DNA of 64,000 bases, taken from assembly GCA_964482725.1 (NCBI GenBank), contig CAYZYT010000012.1, positions 1,310 to 65,309 on the forward strand. The letters run 5' to 3'. This stretch comes from an uncultured bacterium (GTDB lineage Bacteria > Omnitrophota > Omnitrophia > Omnitrophales > Aquincolibacteriaceae). Made by a program: the position numbers and the translations under genes. This document shows, piece by piece, positions 36,860 through 46,879 of the stretch (its first letter is position 1; every line of letters starts with the position of its first letter). The notes under the pieces were generated by a model that saw only the letters and a list, made by a program, of their open reading frames with translations, was not told the origin of the DNA and did not search any database.

Positions 36860-36990
36860 GCGGAGAACCCCCGACCCTCTCCGTGTAAAGGACCTGCCTC
36901 GGGCAGGTAACCCACTGTCCGCCTTCGGCTCTGCCGAAGGACGGATCCGTCCTCGTCCACAGACGAGGCGGAAGCTAATCGCCCGCAAAG
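36860..36990 (-). pseudogene. Degenerate tRNA-Val copy interrupted by an ~80-nt hairpin-rich insertion
   Basis: The tRNA-Val segments gaacccccgaccctctccgtgtaaagga and gaagctaatcgcccgcaaa are present, but the D-arm/anticodon 5' half is replaced by cctgcctcgggcagg...gtcctcgtccacagacgaggc (three hairpins) and the 3' acceptor has diverged. Confidence 0.5.
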
Positions 36991-38033
36991 GTGTTGATCC
37001 TCTGGATCAGCTTGTTGAGATTAGCGAAAATGTCCTTTTTGAAAAAAAACGCGATCCTTGTGAGGTGAAACGTATAGGGAACATTGCGTTCCTCTTCATA
37101 AGGCTTCAGTGATTGGGTGAACTTCCCCTTTTTGAGAAGATGCTTGAATTCCTGATTCAGCTGATCCATTTGTTTGTCCGTCAGAGGCTTCTCGATGCGC
37201 AAAATCAAGAGGTCCCGGATATAGCGCATCGAATGATACATCTTATAAAAATCCGTGACGTACTTGACCGCATCGATCGGATCATGGGTCGGGTACATCA
37301 AACCCAGATCTTCTTCGTGGATCAGGCTCTGTTTCAGCAGCTGCTTCTTGAGGAAATCAAAGAAATCGATCCAATAGGTAGACCCCGGCGCGTCCAGACA
37401 TACGATGGGGCGAGGTTCCGTCTTCCCGGTCTGGATCAAGGTCAGGGACTCAAAACCTTCATCATGCGTCCCAAACCCGCCTGGGCACAAGACTGTCGCA
37501 TGAGATTCCCGGAGGAACATAAGCTTTCGTGTGAAGAAATACTTGAAGGTCATCAGCTTCGGATCCTGAAGCAGCACAGGATTGGCTTCCTGCTCAAACG
37601 GAAGCTGAATGTTCAACCCGAAACTTTTCTTACGCCCCGCGCCTTCATTGCCCGCCTGCATGATCCCCGAGGCGGCGCCCGTAATGACCATCCAATTCTT
37701 TTTTACAATCTCCCTCGCAAATTTTTCAGCTATTTGAAAATCAGGAGAACTTCGCGGGGTACGCGCGGATCCAAAAAGCGCCACCTTACGGACAGAGCGA
37801 AACGGCTCAAAGACCTTGAAACTTTGCCGAAGTTCTTTCATCGCGGTATTCAGCATCTTCATATCCCCGCGATCAAGTTTGTCCATATGGGCCTTGAGGG
37901 CGGTCACGATGAGTTCTTCGGCAAGATCCGCATTCACCCCGGGTCCCGCCTGGTGGATCAGCTCATGAATGAGCTGGTCCATTTTTAGATTTCCGGTCTG
38001 ATAGATTTCATGCTTCTTGAAAAAATCTTCCAT
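36975..38033 (-). CDS. LOG-family (Rossmann-fold nucleotide-binding, cytokinin-riboside-5'-monophosphate phosphoribohydrolase-like) protein, long form
   Basis: LFGSARTP...ITGAASGIMQAGNEGA...PGGFGTHDEGFE motifs. Confidence 0.65.
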   Translation of the reverse strand: MEDFFKKHEIYQTGNLKMDQLIHELIHQAGPGVNADLAEELIVTALKAHMDKLDRGDMKMLNTAMKELRQSFKVFEPFRSVRKVALFGSARTPRSSPDFQIAEKFAREIVKKNWMVITGAASGIMQAGNEGAGRKKSFGLNIQLPFEQEANPVLLQDPKLMTFKYFFTRKLMFLRESHATVLCPGGFGTHDEGFESLTLIQTGKTEPRPIVCLDAPGSTYWIDFFDFLKKQLLKQSLIHEEDLGLMYPTHDPIDAVKYVTDFYKMYHSMRYIRDLLILRIEKPLTDKQMDQLNQEFKHLLKKGKFTQSLKPYEEERNVPYTFHLTRIAFFFKKDIFANLNKLIQRINTFAGD

Positions 38034-38194
38034 CAGGACTTGTTCTCCATTGAATTCTAAGGGTTAACCGTACGGCCCAAGTCTTTGTTCCATTTTACTA
38101 AGGCTGACTTGGACGGCACTGATTTCCGATAATTTATTTAGCAAAAATCAAGGGCTGTACCGCCGACCCCTATCATTTTAAATGTTATGCGGTA

Positions 38195-38890
38195 CTAGTC
38201 ACCGATCCGGATCTGAAGGATCAAATCTCCGGGATGATGACAGGTGGGACAATCCCTCCCCTGGCGCGCCAAACGGAGTTTCTGGCCTTCATGCGTATTC
38301 ACCGGGATCTTCACCGAGATCGTCTGACCTTCGGGCGTCTTGAACATCACGCTCCCGCCCTCCTTGGCTTTTTTCTTTGAGATCTTCAGATTCACAACGA
38401 CATCCGCGGACTCCTGAGCGGTGGGTCGCGGCATCTGTCCGTAGGCATCCTCATCCTCATAAGGATCCTGCCGCGGCACTCCGGAAGAATAAACACGGAA
38501 TGGCCCGGCCCCACCCCCTCCGCCTCCTGAAAAAAGATCACCAAAAATATCTGAAAACGCGGAATAGCGCCCGCCTCCGCGAGCCCGTCCTCCGGAAGAA
38601 TATTGTCGCAGAAGATCCTCGAAATTGAACCCCTGGGACCCCGCAAAATTCCCGGGATTCCCTCCCCCAAACTTACGCATCTGGTCATATTGCGCGCGCC
38701 GCTTCTCATCGCTTAAGACATAATAGGCTTCCGAGATCTCCTTAAATTTCGCCTCCGCTTGCTTGGCATTTCCAGGATTCTTGTCCGGATGATACTTCAC
38801 GGCAAGCTTACGATAAACCTTCTTAAGCTCGTCCGAGGCAATAGACTCTGGCACTCCGAGCGCTTTATAGTAATCTTTCTGAGCAGGCAT
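38195..38890 (-). CDS. DnaJ-domain protein (J-domain plus Gly-rich plus C-terminal domain)
   Basis: DYYKALGV...[16 protein letters not shown] with the HPD tripeptide. The likely start is MPAQKDYY; the ORF extends 10 codons further upstream. Confidence 0.85.
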   Translation of the reverse strand: MPAQKDYYKALGVPESIASDELKKVYRKLAVKYHPDKNPGNAKQAEAKFKEISEAYYVLSDEKRRAQYDQMRKFGGGNPGNFAGSQGFNFEDLLRQYSSGGRARGGGRYSAFSDIFGDLFSGGGGGGAGPFRVYSSGVPRQDPYEDEDAYGQMPRPTAQESADVVVNLKISKKKAKEGGSVMFKTPEGQTISVKIPVNTHEGQKLRLARQGRDCPTCHHPGDLILQIRIGD

Positions 38891-39021
38891 ACGTTTTATC
38901 CTTATAAAAGATACCCACAAAAAAGCCCTCGAACCGGGCGGAGGGCTCTTTTTTATTTTATAAAAAAACGACGGATCAAGCTGCTAAAGAATTTTTATTC
39001 TTTACTCTCAAACACACTTTA

Positions 39022-39519
39022 TCACTTTTTTCCGAAAGGTCGTGGAAAAAGATCCGTTTTCAGGCAAGTCACATGATCGATAAAAAGCACGCCGCTCAAA
39101 TGATCGACTTCGTGTTCCACACAAACAGCTTCGATCCCGACACTGACCTTTTCAAAGAATTCGCCGTGCTCATCCTGCCAGCGAAAACGTACCCACCGGT
39201 GACGCTTCAGATAAGCCGTGTAATCCGGCAGACTCATGCACCCTTCCTTGCGCGCTTCAGGCTCTCGCTTTTCAAGGATTACAGGATTGATAAGGATAAG
39301 ACGCTTCGCGCTGGGATCGCGTTTCGAAATATCCACGATCGCCACGGCCTTGGCCACTCCGATCTGCGGCGCGGCGATACCGATCCCATGCGGCTGGCTT
39401 TTCATCACACGGACCAAAGCAGCCACAAGCTTCAGGAGTGAACGATCGAACGCTGTGACCTCTTGCGCTTTTTTCCTGAGGATAGGATCAGGGAACGTCC
39501 GGATCGAGGAGGGCTTCAT
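39022..39519 (-). CDS. def: Peptide deformylase
   Basis: GIGIAAPQIG, EGCMSLPD and HEVDHLSG motifs. Confidence 0.9.
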   Translation of the reverse strand: MKPSSIRTFPDPILRKKAQEVTAFDRSLLKLVAALVRVMKSQPHGIGIAAPQIGVAKAVAIVDISKRDPSAKRLILINPVILEKREPEARKEGCMSLPDYTAYLKRHRWVRFRWQDEHGEFFEKVSVGIEAVCVEHEVDHLSGVLFIDHVTCLKTDLFPRPFGKK

Positions 39520-39525
39520 CAGAGA

Positions 39526-40077
39526 TTATAAGGAAACACGTTCCAGAGGTTTGATCTGGATCTCGATCTTTAACCGCTTCGAGACCTTCCCCAAAAGAGT
39601 TTTGAGCTTCGCGAGAGTGACCTTGTCCGGCACATCCACTTCCAGAAGCATCGCATAGGTGGTCTTGGTTCCCTTGCCCAGGATCCGACTGTCGAGGTCT
39701 GTAATATTGACGCGCATCCCCGCCAAAGCGCGGCTTACTTCATAAACGATCCCAGTCCGGTCTTTACCGAACGCGGTGATCATTGAGGGAAAAGAACCCT
39801 TCGCATGTTTTTTCCCATGAGAGGCCGTCCCTTTCAGTTCTGTCATGTGACAATCCATGGACCAGGGGGCTTCCGTAAGCAGCTCCAGACCTTGCAGCAC
39901 ACGCACCCTAGTCGTCGACGCTGGAAGGCAGGCGGTCAGCATCATGGCGAACTGACCTTCCAGGAGGGTCATACTGATATCCTCAAGATTGCATCCCCGC
40001 GCGAACAAAAGGCCGCTAACCTTGGCAATAATGCCGGGTTTATCTTTACCGCTAACCGTGATCAGTATCTTTTTCAT
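39526..40077 (-). CDS. Tandem ACT-domain regulatory protein (GcvR/UPF0237-like)
   Basis: Two ACT repeats: ITVSGKDKPGIIAKVSGLL and AFGKDRTGIVYEVSRAL. Confidence 0.65.
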   Translation of the reverse strand: MKKILITVSGKDKPGIIAKVSGLLFARGCNLEDISMTLLEGQFAMMLTACLPASTTRVRVLQGLELLTEAPWSMDCHMTELKGTASHGKKHAKGSFPSMITAFGKDRTGIVYEVSRALAGMRVNITDLDSRILGKGTKTTYAMLLEVDVPDKVTLAKLKTLLGKVSKRLKIEIQIKPLERVSL

Positions 40078-41696
40078 TCTCTCTTACCCCCAAGGATTTT
40101 AGAAAGCGCGCCTAGCCCCTGCTGGATCATTTGATCCTGCTCCGAAAGAGCCCCCTGCGATTGCGTGGTACCACCGAAGTTTACAAGCTTCCCGGCTTTC
40201 TTCCCCCCCAAAAGCCGCCCCACCCCGTTGCTTAAAAGTTGATTCGCCCCAGTTTGAAGCAGCCGTGATCCTAGATAGGAAAGATCCGGCTGGACCGTGG
40301 CGTCTGGAAAAACACCGCTGTAACGGAAAGGGATCAACACTTGACCATTCCGGTCCGCGATCAATTCCATTTCACGGATCTTTTTCATTAGGAAAGCTGA
40401 GATGGCCCGCGATAACAACAAATGGAGGGAACCGTCGACACGTTTGTCCGAGATCCTGTAGGTCCCCTGCCCAGACAATTGATAGTTGGGGTGCATCAGC
40501 CCGAATTCGCTGATCTTCACGATTCCCCCCTGCACCCCAAACGCCACTTGCAGGGACTGGAAGGGCGTGTCACGGTCCTTCAACATCTCACTCAATTCCG
40601 GAGGGAGTTCCGCATTCGTGATCGCGAGCACCGGAGAAAGACGGTCAAAAACTTCCTTAATGAGATTCCTGTTCCGGAGCGCCCCATCCCGAATCTCGAG
40701 CGTCCCCTGGCCCTTGAGCGATTGCTGGATCATCGCCGGGTTCGCGCCATCAAACGCAAGCTGCGCCTTGGCACTAAGACGACCGGTCACATAATCGCCT
40801 TTTTTATAAACTTCCGGGATCACCGATTCCATGTCCAGATCACGGACCTCTAGCGTCCCCTCAAAATGCGGGAGCGTGTTGATCACCTTGAGGAGGCCTT
40901 TGAACAACGCCTTGTCAGGACCGTAGCGAAGCTGAAGATCCAGCGATCGCGACCCAAGGTCCAAGTCCCCCTCCGCCTCCAGATTTCTATTGGCGGAGTT
41001 AAAAACAGAGGCCCCCGCGGAAAAATGGAACGGCTGCTGGGCGGAAGGCTGACGAACATCCGCTTCCAAGTTTTCTATTTTTAGTTTGAAGGCCGGCTCA
41101 ACCGTCTCATCGGCGAAGTGGATCGTCGCACCCCGCACGAGAATCTTCCCGATACCGAATTTCCACCCCTCAGAAACACTTCCCAGATTCTTCAACGAAA
41201 TACTCTCGGCTCCTTCCGCCGCCTCTGCCTCGGGGATAAGACTCACCTGGGAGAGCATGGGAACAGCCGCAGGAATGGGGGTTGCAGGTTTTTTATCGGT
41301 TTGCCAATTCCAAGTCCCTTCCCGGTTGCGCGTAAGAAATATCTCGGGACTCTGAATTATGACTTCGGACATGATGAAGTGCTTACGCCAAATCGAGGTC
41401 AGATCGGCTTCGATCCTGACCTGATCGCTTTGCAGGATCTTTTCGAGGCTTTGAGGATGATAAAATTTGAGGCCATCGACCCGAAGCTGCGGCTGAGGGC
41501 GCCACTGGAGCTTGATCGCGCCAAGCTCCACGCGAAAACCTGTCTGTCGGGTAAGATATTTTTCGAATTCCGCCCGGAACATATTGGGATCAAAATTCCG
41601 AAGAGCGAAGTAGCCCATTCCCCCGAGAATCACTCCGAGGATCAAGAGCACAACAAGAAATCCTCCCAGGAATTTCAGGAAACCTCGTACGACCAT
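40074..41696 (-). CDS. AsmA-family outer-membrane assembly protein
   Basis: N-terminal TM anchor followed by a long beta-rich AsmA-like region, 540 aa. Confidence 0.6.
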   Translation of the reverse strand: MVVRGFLKFLGGFLVVLLILGVILGGMGYFALRNFDPNMFRAEFEKYLTRQTGFRVELGAIKLQWRPQPQLRVDGLKFYHPQSLEKILQSDQVRIEADLTSIWRKHFIMSEVIIQSPEIFLTRNREGTWNWQTDKKPATPIPAAVPMLSQVSLIPEAEAAEGAESISLKNLGSVSEGWKFGIGKILVRGATIHFADETVEPAFKLKIENLEADVRQPSAQQPFHFSAGASVFNSANRNLEAEGDLDLGSRSLDLQLRYGPDKALFKGLLKVINTLPHFEGTLEVRDLDMESVIPEVYKKGDYVTGRLSAKAQLAFDGANPAMIQQSLKGQGTLEIRDGALRNRNLIKEVFDRLSPVLAITNAELPPELSEMLKDRDTPFQSLQVAFGVQGGIVKISEFGLMHPNYQLSGQGTYRISDKRVDGSLHLLLSRAISAFLMKKIREMELIADRNGQVLIPFRYSGVFPDATVQPDLSYLGSRLLQTGANQLLSNGVGRLLGGKKAGKLVNFGGTTQSQGALSEQDQMIQQGLGALSKILGGKRE

Positions 41697-42139
41697 ACAC
41701 CCTCACCTTTTTTTTTGGCTTCCTCCTGGACTTTCAGAAACTTGGCCTTGCGACTGAAGTCCTGGGCTTCCGCGACTTTGGCAGCACCGATCTTTACCAG
41801 AAATTCATTAATAAGAACTTCCTGCTCATCAGGGATCTCGTTCAACTTCGCCGGAAATTTCAAATATTTCGCCTGAAGATAAGCGTAGGCGAACTCCTTG
41901 GCCCCCGGAGTGGAGTCGGCGATCAATTGGAACTTCAGGTCTTGCTTCTGAGCAAGCACCCGGAGGACCGAAATTCCCTCCGTGTCCATCTGGATCCCGA
42001 CCAGCACCACCTGCTTGCCGCTTTCAAGCGTCAGCGTTCCGTCCGGCCCGACCTCCGTCACGATCTCCGCGAAAAGAACCGAAGAAAAGACGCAAAGTCC
42101 CGGTAGGAGCAAAAAAAGCCACTTCATCCCTGATGTCAC
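41675..42139 (-). CDS. Secreted staphylococcal-nuclease (SNase/thermonuclease)-like protein
   Basis: Signal peptide. DGTLTL..VVLVGIQMDTEG resembles the SNase DGDT...GIDTPE pattern. The C-terminus ...KKKGEGVWS is of SNase type. Confidence 0.5.
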   Translation of the reverse strand: MTSGMKWLFLLLPGLCVFSSVLFAEIVTEVGPDGTLTLESGKQVVLVGIQMDTEGISVLRVLAQKQDLKFQLIADSTPGAKEFAYAYLQAKYLKFPAKLNEIPDEQEVLINEFLVKIGAAKVAEAQDFSRKAKFLKVQEEAKKKGEGVWSYEVS

Positions 42140-42591
42140 GACGCCCTGATCCTGCCATCGCTATAGTCAATCTCGGTTAATCCCAATTTCACGGTCCTGT
42201 ACTTTGTCCTAAGAGCCTTGAGCTGTTCTTGACCCGCAGGGTTGTATTGGTAAAAACGAACCTGTTCCTTTTTATTCAAAACCCCCGCGTCGCTATAAGC
42301 GCCGGGAATACCCCAAAACCACGACAGCGGATAGGTGAAGAGGTTAAAAAAAGCCATTCCCCAAAGCTGTTTTTCTTCAGACCCGGAAGCAAGGTAGAAA
42401 TGTCCCACACCGGGCAATACGTTCAGCCAGGCTGCCACCGACGGATCCTTGATCTGCACACGGCACGTGCTGACCTTATAAGACTTCAGCTCATACACCG
42501 CATTTTTCTCAGCGGGCGAAAGCGACATGCAACCGGAGAGCATCACAACCGTTATGAACATTCCGCTTAATTTCAAAAAATTCTTCGCCAT
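42136..42591 (-). CDS. Hypothetical lipoprotein
   Basis: Lipobox VVMLSGC after the signal peptide. 151 aa. Confidence 0.5.
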   Translation of the reverse strand: MAKNFLKLSGMFITVVMLSGCMSLSPAEKNAVYELKSYKVSTCRVQIKDPSVAAWLNVLPGVGHFYLASGSEEKQLWGMAFFNLFTYPLSWFWGIPGAYSDAGVLNKKEQVRFYQYNPAGQEQLKALRTKYRTVKLGLTEIDYSDGRIRAS

Positions 42592-42691
42592 TCGATCCTC
42601 CTGACGGGGTCTCGACTTCTCACGGGCTCTCCCCGAACCTTGTGAAAAATCTTTTTGTGAAACGTTTATCGATAAGAACCTAAAAAAAACA

Positions 42692-43096
42692 TTATGCCGA
42701 AAAGCGACGGTAGCGGATCATTTCACCACGGGCACCGATACGACCCTCCGGAAATGCGTTGGCTGAAAGTTCCGGCCAGTATTTAACATTGATCACTTCT
42801 TCAGCCTTGTAACGCTCTTTCGCTACTCCTCGTATTTTCTCATTCAAAAGCCCTTGAAGGTATTCTTCCTGAGACGGATTCTTTATAAAACCAAAAGAGA
42901 CCCATTCCCCAAGCTGCCCCGCAACACGCTTGTATTGAACCGGAGGCGCCTTGAGATCCACTTGGATCCATCCCAGCGATTCATACGGGATGGTCAGGCT
43001 TTTGCTGTCCTGTGTCACGACCATTTTCTCGACACGCGAACACCCGGCTAAAACAACAAGAACGGCCAAACTAAAAATTATTTTCCTTTGACGATC
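42692..43096 (-). CDS. Hypothetical lipoprotein
   Basis: The likely start MDRQRKIIFSLAVLVVLAGC gives a lipobox. The longer ORF to 43222 would overlap the upstream gene. Confidence 0.45.
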   Translation of the reverse strand, partial: DRQRKIIFSLAVLVVLAGCSRVEKMVVTQDSKSLTIPYESLGWIQVDLKAPPVQYKRVAGQLGEWVSFGFIKNPSQEEYLQGLLNEKIRGVAKERYKAEEVINVKYWPELSANAFPEGRIGARGEMIRYRRFSA

Positions 43097-43145
43097 CATG
43101 CGCTCTCCACTTTTTGATACTTTATTATACCTATTTTCGAGGGCT

Positions 43146-44483
43146 TTACTTACCGATCTTTTTCCGAAGCCAGGAAAGGGCCTCTTCCCTTGTCTTATGC
43201 GTTCCTTCCAGCTGAAGAACATAAAGCTCTTCCAGGATCGGCTTCATCTCCCGGCCGGGTTTCATGCCAAGCGCCATAAGGTCATGACCGCTCACGAGCG
43301 GCTTGGGTTTTAACTCCTCATGTTCGTATTCCTTAAGCTTGTCCCGTAGAAACGTGAGATTATCCAGCATCCCATGGCTGGCGGTGCAATCCACTCGATG
43401 AAGCTCCATTTCCTCTTCGAAACGCGGACGACTGATGAATTGCTTGAGCTTCCCAGCGCGCATCTTCTGCACATCCATGAATTTCATATGATTGGCCACG
43501 AATGCTGAAACCCCGTCGATCTCCTCGTTCGAAAAACGCAACCGCCGCATGATCGCGGAAGCGATCTTCACACCCTCTTCGGAATGCTCATAAAAAGTCA
43601 GACGGCCCTTGCGGATCGCGGAGGTCTTGGGCTTCCCGATGTCATGGAAAAGTGCCGAAAAAGCTAGAATGGTTGAGACCGGAGGATGAAGGTGCTCGAG
43701 GAGAAGTCGCGTGTGCTCATAGACATCCCCTTCCGGATGAAAATTCTCGGGCTGCTCCACGCCGCGCATCGTTTCCACCTCCGGAAGGATCTCTTTCATG
43801 AGCCCGGATTTCGAAAGGAGCACGAAGCCGCGTGCCGCTCCGAAGCGCGTGAAGATCTTCACAAGTTCCTCACGAATCCTCTCCGGACTCACTTCGTGGA
43901 TCTTGGAGGCGTGCTTACAAAGAGCCTCCCAAGTTTTCGTTTCGATCTCAAAACCAAGCGTCGAAGCAAAACGGACCGCCCGGAGAAGCCGCAGCTTGTC
44001 TTCTTCAAAACGGGCTGCAGGATCACCGATCGCGCGTATCACCTTTCGGGGCAGATCCTTCAGCCCTTCCACAAAGTCAATCACCTTCTCCTCGAAGGGA
44101 TCATAGAACATGCCGTTCACGGTGAAATCACGCCGCCTGGCATCTTCCTCAGGCTGGGTAAATGCAACATGGGTGGGATGCCGGCCGTCCTGGTATCCCC
44201 CTTCGCAACGGAAGGTCGCGACTTCAAAGGGAGTCTCTTCTTCGACCACGATCATCACGCCAAATTGCTTGCCGACGGGAATCGTCCGGCGGAAGATCTT
44301 TTCAACCTCTTCAGGCGTCGCGGTCGTGGCGATATCAAAATCCTGGGGTTTCTGGCCTCGCAAATAGTCCCGGACACACCCCCCCGCAAAATACGCGGTG
44401 AATCCTTTATCTTTCAAGGTCTGAGCGATCGCGCGTGCCAGCCGCCCTTTCGGCTCACTTAAATCCATCGGTCCCGATTCCAT
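43146..44483 (-). CDS. CCA-adding enzyme / poly(A) polymerase family tRNA nucleotidyltransferase with HD domain
   Basis: FAGGCVRDYLRGQKPQDFDIATTA head domain and a C-terminal HD motif LFHDIGKP. Confidence 0.85.
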   Translation of the reverse strand: MESGPMDLSEPKGRLARAIAQTLKDKGFTAYFAGGCVRDYLRGQKPQDFDIATTATPEEVEKIFRRTIPVGKQFGVMIVVEEETPFEVATFRCEGGYQDGRHPTHVAFTQPEEDARRRDFTVNGMFYDPFEEKVIDFVEGLKDLPRKVIRAIGDPAARFEEDKLRLLRAVRFASTLGFEIETKTWEALCKHASKIHEVSPERIREELVKIFTRFGAARGFVLLSKSGLMKEILPEVETMRGVEQPENFHPEGDVYEHTRLLLEHLHPPVSTILAFSALFHDIGKPKTSAIRKGRLTFYEHSEEGVKIASAIMRRLRFSNEEIDGVSAFVANHMKFMDVQKMRAGKLKQFISRPRFEEEMELHRVDCTASHGMLDNLTFLRDKLKEYEHEELKPKPLVSGHDLMALGMKPGREMKPILEELYVLQLEGTHKTREEALSWLRKKIGK

Positions 44484-44534
44484 GTCTCTCCGTTTGGGTA
44501 GTAGAGTAATATGGTCTTTTTAGTTTTCCAGATC

Positions 44535-44619
44535 CGTCATGCTGAGCTTGCCCCGTTTTACGGGGCGCGCGAAGCATCACGAACGAGATCCTTCGCCCTC
44601 TTCGGGACTCAGGATGACG
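44535..44619. mobile_element. MITE/REP-like nested inverted-repeat element, copy 2
   Basis: cgtcatgctgagc ... actcaggatgacg, with an internal gccccgttttacggggc hairpin and the inner palindrome gaagcatcacgaacgagatccttc. Confidence 0.6.
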
Positions 44620-44646
44620 AAATATTCAAAAACAGGTACTCGCTAT

Positions 44647-44997
44647 TTAGACGCTAAAAAAATCGCGGGCAGCTTTGTCTCCTGCGGCTTTTTGATAATC
44701 CAGATAATCGATCAAGAGAAGATCAGGCCGCTTCTCGGCCAACCTCCTGGCGAGTTGGAACCGCTCTGAGGGATGCGTCTCAAGACGCCGGCTTGCGATA
44801 TACTTGAACACCGTCCCACATTGGGGGCAGGCCTTCGTATCGTAAGCGTTAATCCCAAGCTCATTGCAGGAAGCACAATTCCCCGAAAGATCCCCGATGA
44901 TCAAAAGACTTTTTTTGACCTCTTCAAGAATGAACGCCTTGTAGGTACGCAGATAATGCTGGGCCATGGATTCCTCACTCATTAATAAACCCGTCAT
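44647..44997 (-). CDS. Hypothetical zinc-ribbon protein
   Basis: CASC...CPQC. The annotated ATG lies inside the terminal repeat of MITE copy 3, so the real start is probably a downstream Met (MSEE.. or MAQHY..). Confidence 0.4.
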   Translation of the reverse strand: MTGLLMSEESMAQHYLRTYKAFILEEVKKSLLIIGDLSGNCASCNELGINAYDTKACPQCGTVFKYIASRRLETHPSERFQLARRLAEKRPDLLLIDYLDYQKAAGDKAARDFFSV

Positions 44998-45066
44998 TCT
45001 GAGCCCAAATGGCGAAGAATCTCACAACGAGATCCCTCTCCCGCTCCCGGCGGGATCAGGATGACG
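44992..45066. mobile_element. MITE/REP-like element, copy 3
   Basis: cgtcattctgagc ... gatcaggatgacg, inner gaagaatctcacaacgagatccctc. Confidence 0.6.
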
Positions 45067-45074
45067 CTAACGCA

Positions 45075-45572
45075 TCACTTCTTAAAAACAAGATCGCCGG
45101 CACGGACTCGAGACTTCACTTCAACGCCAAAATCATCGCCTTTTTTTGCGATCAGAACCGGCTGATGATCGATCTGCATGGAAATAACCTTTTGCTTAAA
45201 ATCCGTGGTATGGCCCTTAAACAGCAACTCATCCCCGATCCGGATCTCCCCGGTCTTGATCTTGAGCACGGCAGCATTCACATGCGAAAAAAAATGCGTC
45301 ACCTCGGCCGTCGGCAGGGCCGCCAGCGCAACCCGGACCATTCTCGGCTGCTTCTTCGCCGGTTTTTTCTTCTTCGCGGATTTCGTCTTGGCTTTCGCTG
45401 AAACTTTTTTAACAGCCTTCTTTTTAGTCGGTTTGGCTACTTTCCTCTTGGCGGGCTTGGCCACTTTTTTCCTAGCGGCTTTCCCTTTGGCTTTTGCGAC
45501 CTTCTTGGACTTGGGCGAACCGAAAAGCGCTTTTCCGATCTTCTTGAGAAATTTCATGGTTTTTCCTCCCAA
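45075..45572 (-). CDS. Lys/Ala-rich histone-H1-like protein with C-terminal small beta-domain
   Basis: AKAKGKAARKKVAKPAKRKVAKPTKKKAVKK repeats, followed by a structured roughly 90-aa tail. Confidence 0.4.
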   Translation of the reverse strand: MGGKTMKFLKKIGKALFGSPKSKKVAKAKGKAARKKVAKPAKRKVAKPTKKKAVKKVSAKAKTKSAKKKKPAKKQPRMVRVALAALPTAEVTHFFSHVNAAVLKIKTGEIRIGDELLFKGHTTDFKQKVISMQIDHQPVLIAKKGDDFGVEVKSRVRAGDLVFKK

Positions 45573-45595
45573 TATTGAGAAACCCTAACACAATG

Positions 45596-45658
45596 CCGTC
45601 ATCCTGAGCCAAGCGAGGAATCTTGTTGAGATTCTTTGGCCTACGGCCTCAGAATGAC
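45596..45658. mobile_element. MITE/REP-like element, copy 4
   Basis: ccgtcatcctgagc ... cctcagaatgacg, inner gaggaatcttgttgagattcttt. Confidence 0.6.
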
Positions 45659-45685
45659 GCGTTTCGAGTGAGCCTCTAAAAATGT

Positions 45686-46810
45686 TTACGTATCTTTTCC
45701 CAACGCGATCTCTTTAGGCGCCGGAGCCACAACCTGGCCCTGATGTTGTTCCAGGACATTCAGCCGGTTCCGTAATTTTTGGAACCGCTGCTCCGTTTTT
45801 TCATACGCCGTACGGGCATGCGCCAGATGCCCACCGATCTTTTCAAAATCCGTCAGGCACTGCTCCAGGTCAACTTCCAACTGGCCCAAGTTCTCCAAGA
45901 TGATCTGAGCCGAGCGCTCGATCCTCATCCCTTTGAGTCCGCGTACGATCGACTGGAGATACACATAAAAACTGTTCGGCGAGACGGGGATGACCTTGCG
46001 TTTCATGGCATACGCTGAAAGGCTTTCATTCTGAGCATCGTCCTTGATGATCGTTTCATAATAAATACTCTCGGAAGGAATGTACATAAGCGCGAACTCG
46101 AAGGTGCCTTCTTCGGGCAAAATATATTTCGAACCGATGTCATCAATGTGTTTTTTGACGTCCCGCCAGAATCCCTTGCGCGCTTCCCCTTGTTTTTCGT
46201 CGCTCCCCGCTTCCAGAATTCGCTTGAAATTCTCAAGCGGGAATTTCGCATCCACCGGGATCAATCCTTCGCCGAGCCGGATGATGGCGTCCACCTGGGA
46301 GCCGTTCGCAAAGCGGTACTGAAGAGCAAAATGGTCTTCCGGCAGGATCTGGCGCAAAAGTTCCGCGAGGAGTAGCTCCCCCATGCCTCCGCGAAGCTTC
46401 GGAGCCCGGAGAATATCATGCAGCGAAGAGATGTCCTTCCCAATATCCATCATGGACTGCGTGGCGTGCTGCAGAACACCCAACCGATGCTGGACATCGC
46501 CCATGACCTGACGGTAATTCTGCTGATTTTCCTGAAGGAACTGGGTGTTCTGCTTCATCTGATCGTTCATCTGGCGCGCGAGAGTCTGGATCTGGTCCTG
46601 CAGCGTCGTATTGAGATTATGGAGTTCCTGCTGGAGCTGGAGGAATGGCTGGAAGGTCTTGTCGTCTGCGGAGGTTCGTTTCGACAGATGCTGAAAAAAC
46701 CAAAAGACCGCAATAAAAGCGCAAAGGGAAGCTGCCACCGTGATGAGCACTAAAAGGGACGCGTTCATGAGCGGATTATAGCTTAAAGAAGGACTCCAGA
46801 CCAGAGACAA
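45686..46810 (-). CDS. rmuC: DNA recombination protein RmuC
   Basis: N-terminal TM segment plus coiled-coil, then the RmuC core ...RGGMGELLLAELL...IPVDAKFPLE. Confidence 0.85.
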   Translation of the reverse strand: MSLVWSPSLSYNPLMNASLLVLITVAASLCAFIAVFWFFQHLSKRTSADDKTFQPFLQLQQELHNLNTTLQDQIQTLARQMNDQMKQNTQFLQENQQNYRQVMGDVQHRLGVLQHATQSMMDIGKDISSLHDILRAPKLRGGMGELLLAELLRQILPEDHFALQYRFANGSQVDAIIRLGEGLIPVDAKFPLENFKRILEAGSDEKQGEARKGFWRDVKKHIDDIGSKYILPEEGTFEFALMYIPSESIYYETIIKDDAQNESLSAYAMKRKVIPVSPNSFYVYLQSIVRGLKGMRIERSAQIILENLGQLEVDLEQCLTDFEKIGGHLAHARTAYEKTEQRFQKLRNRLNVLEQHQGQVVAPAPKEIALGKDT

Positions 46811-46879
46811 GAGACTGTAGACAAAAAAGCAATAGCCGCTGGCCTTTAGTCTGTAGTCTCCAGTCTCAAGTCTCTCGTC

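Noticed and set aside
36779-36988. 69-aa and 64-aa minus-strand ORFs over the degenerate tRNA-Val copy
   Set aside because: They overlap tRNA-derived and hairpin-rich sequence and are Arg/Gly-rich low-complexity. They are most likely non-coding.
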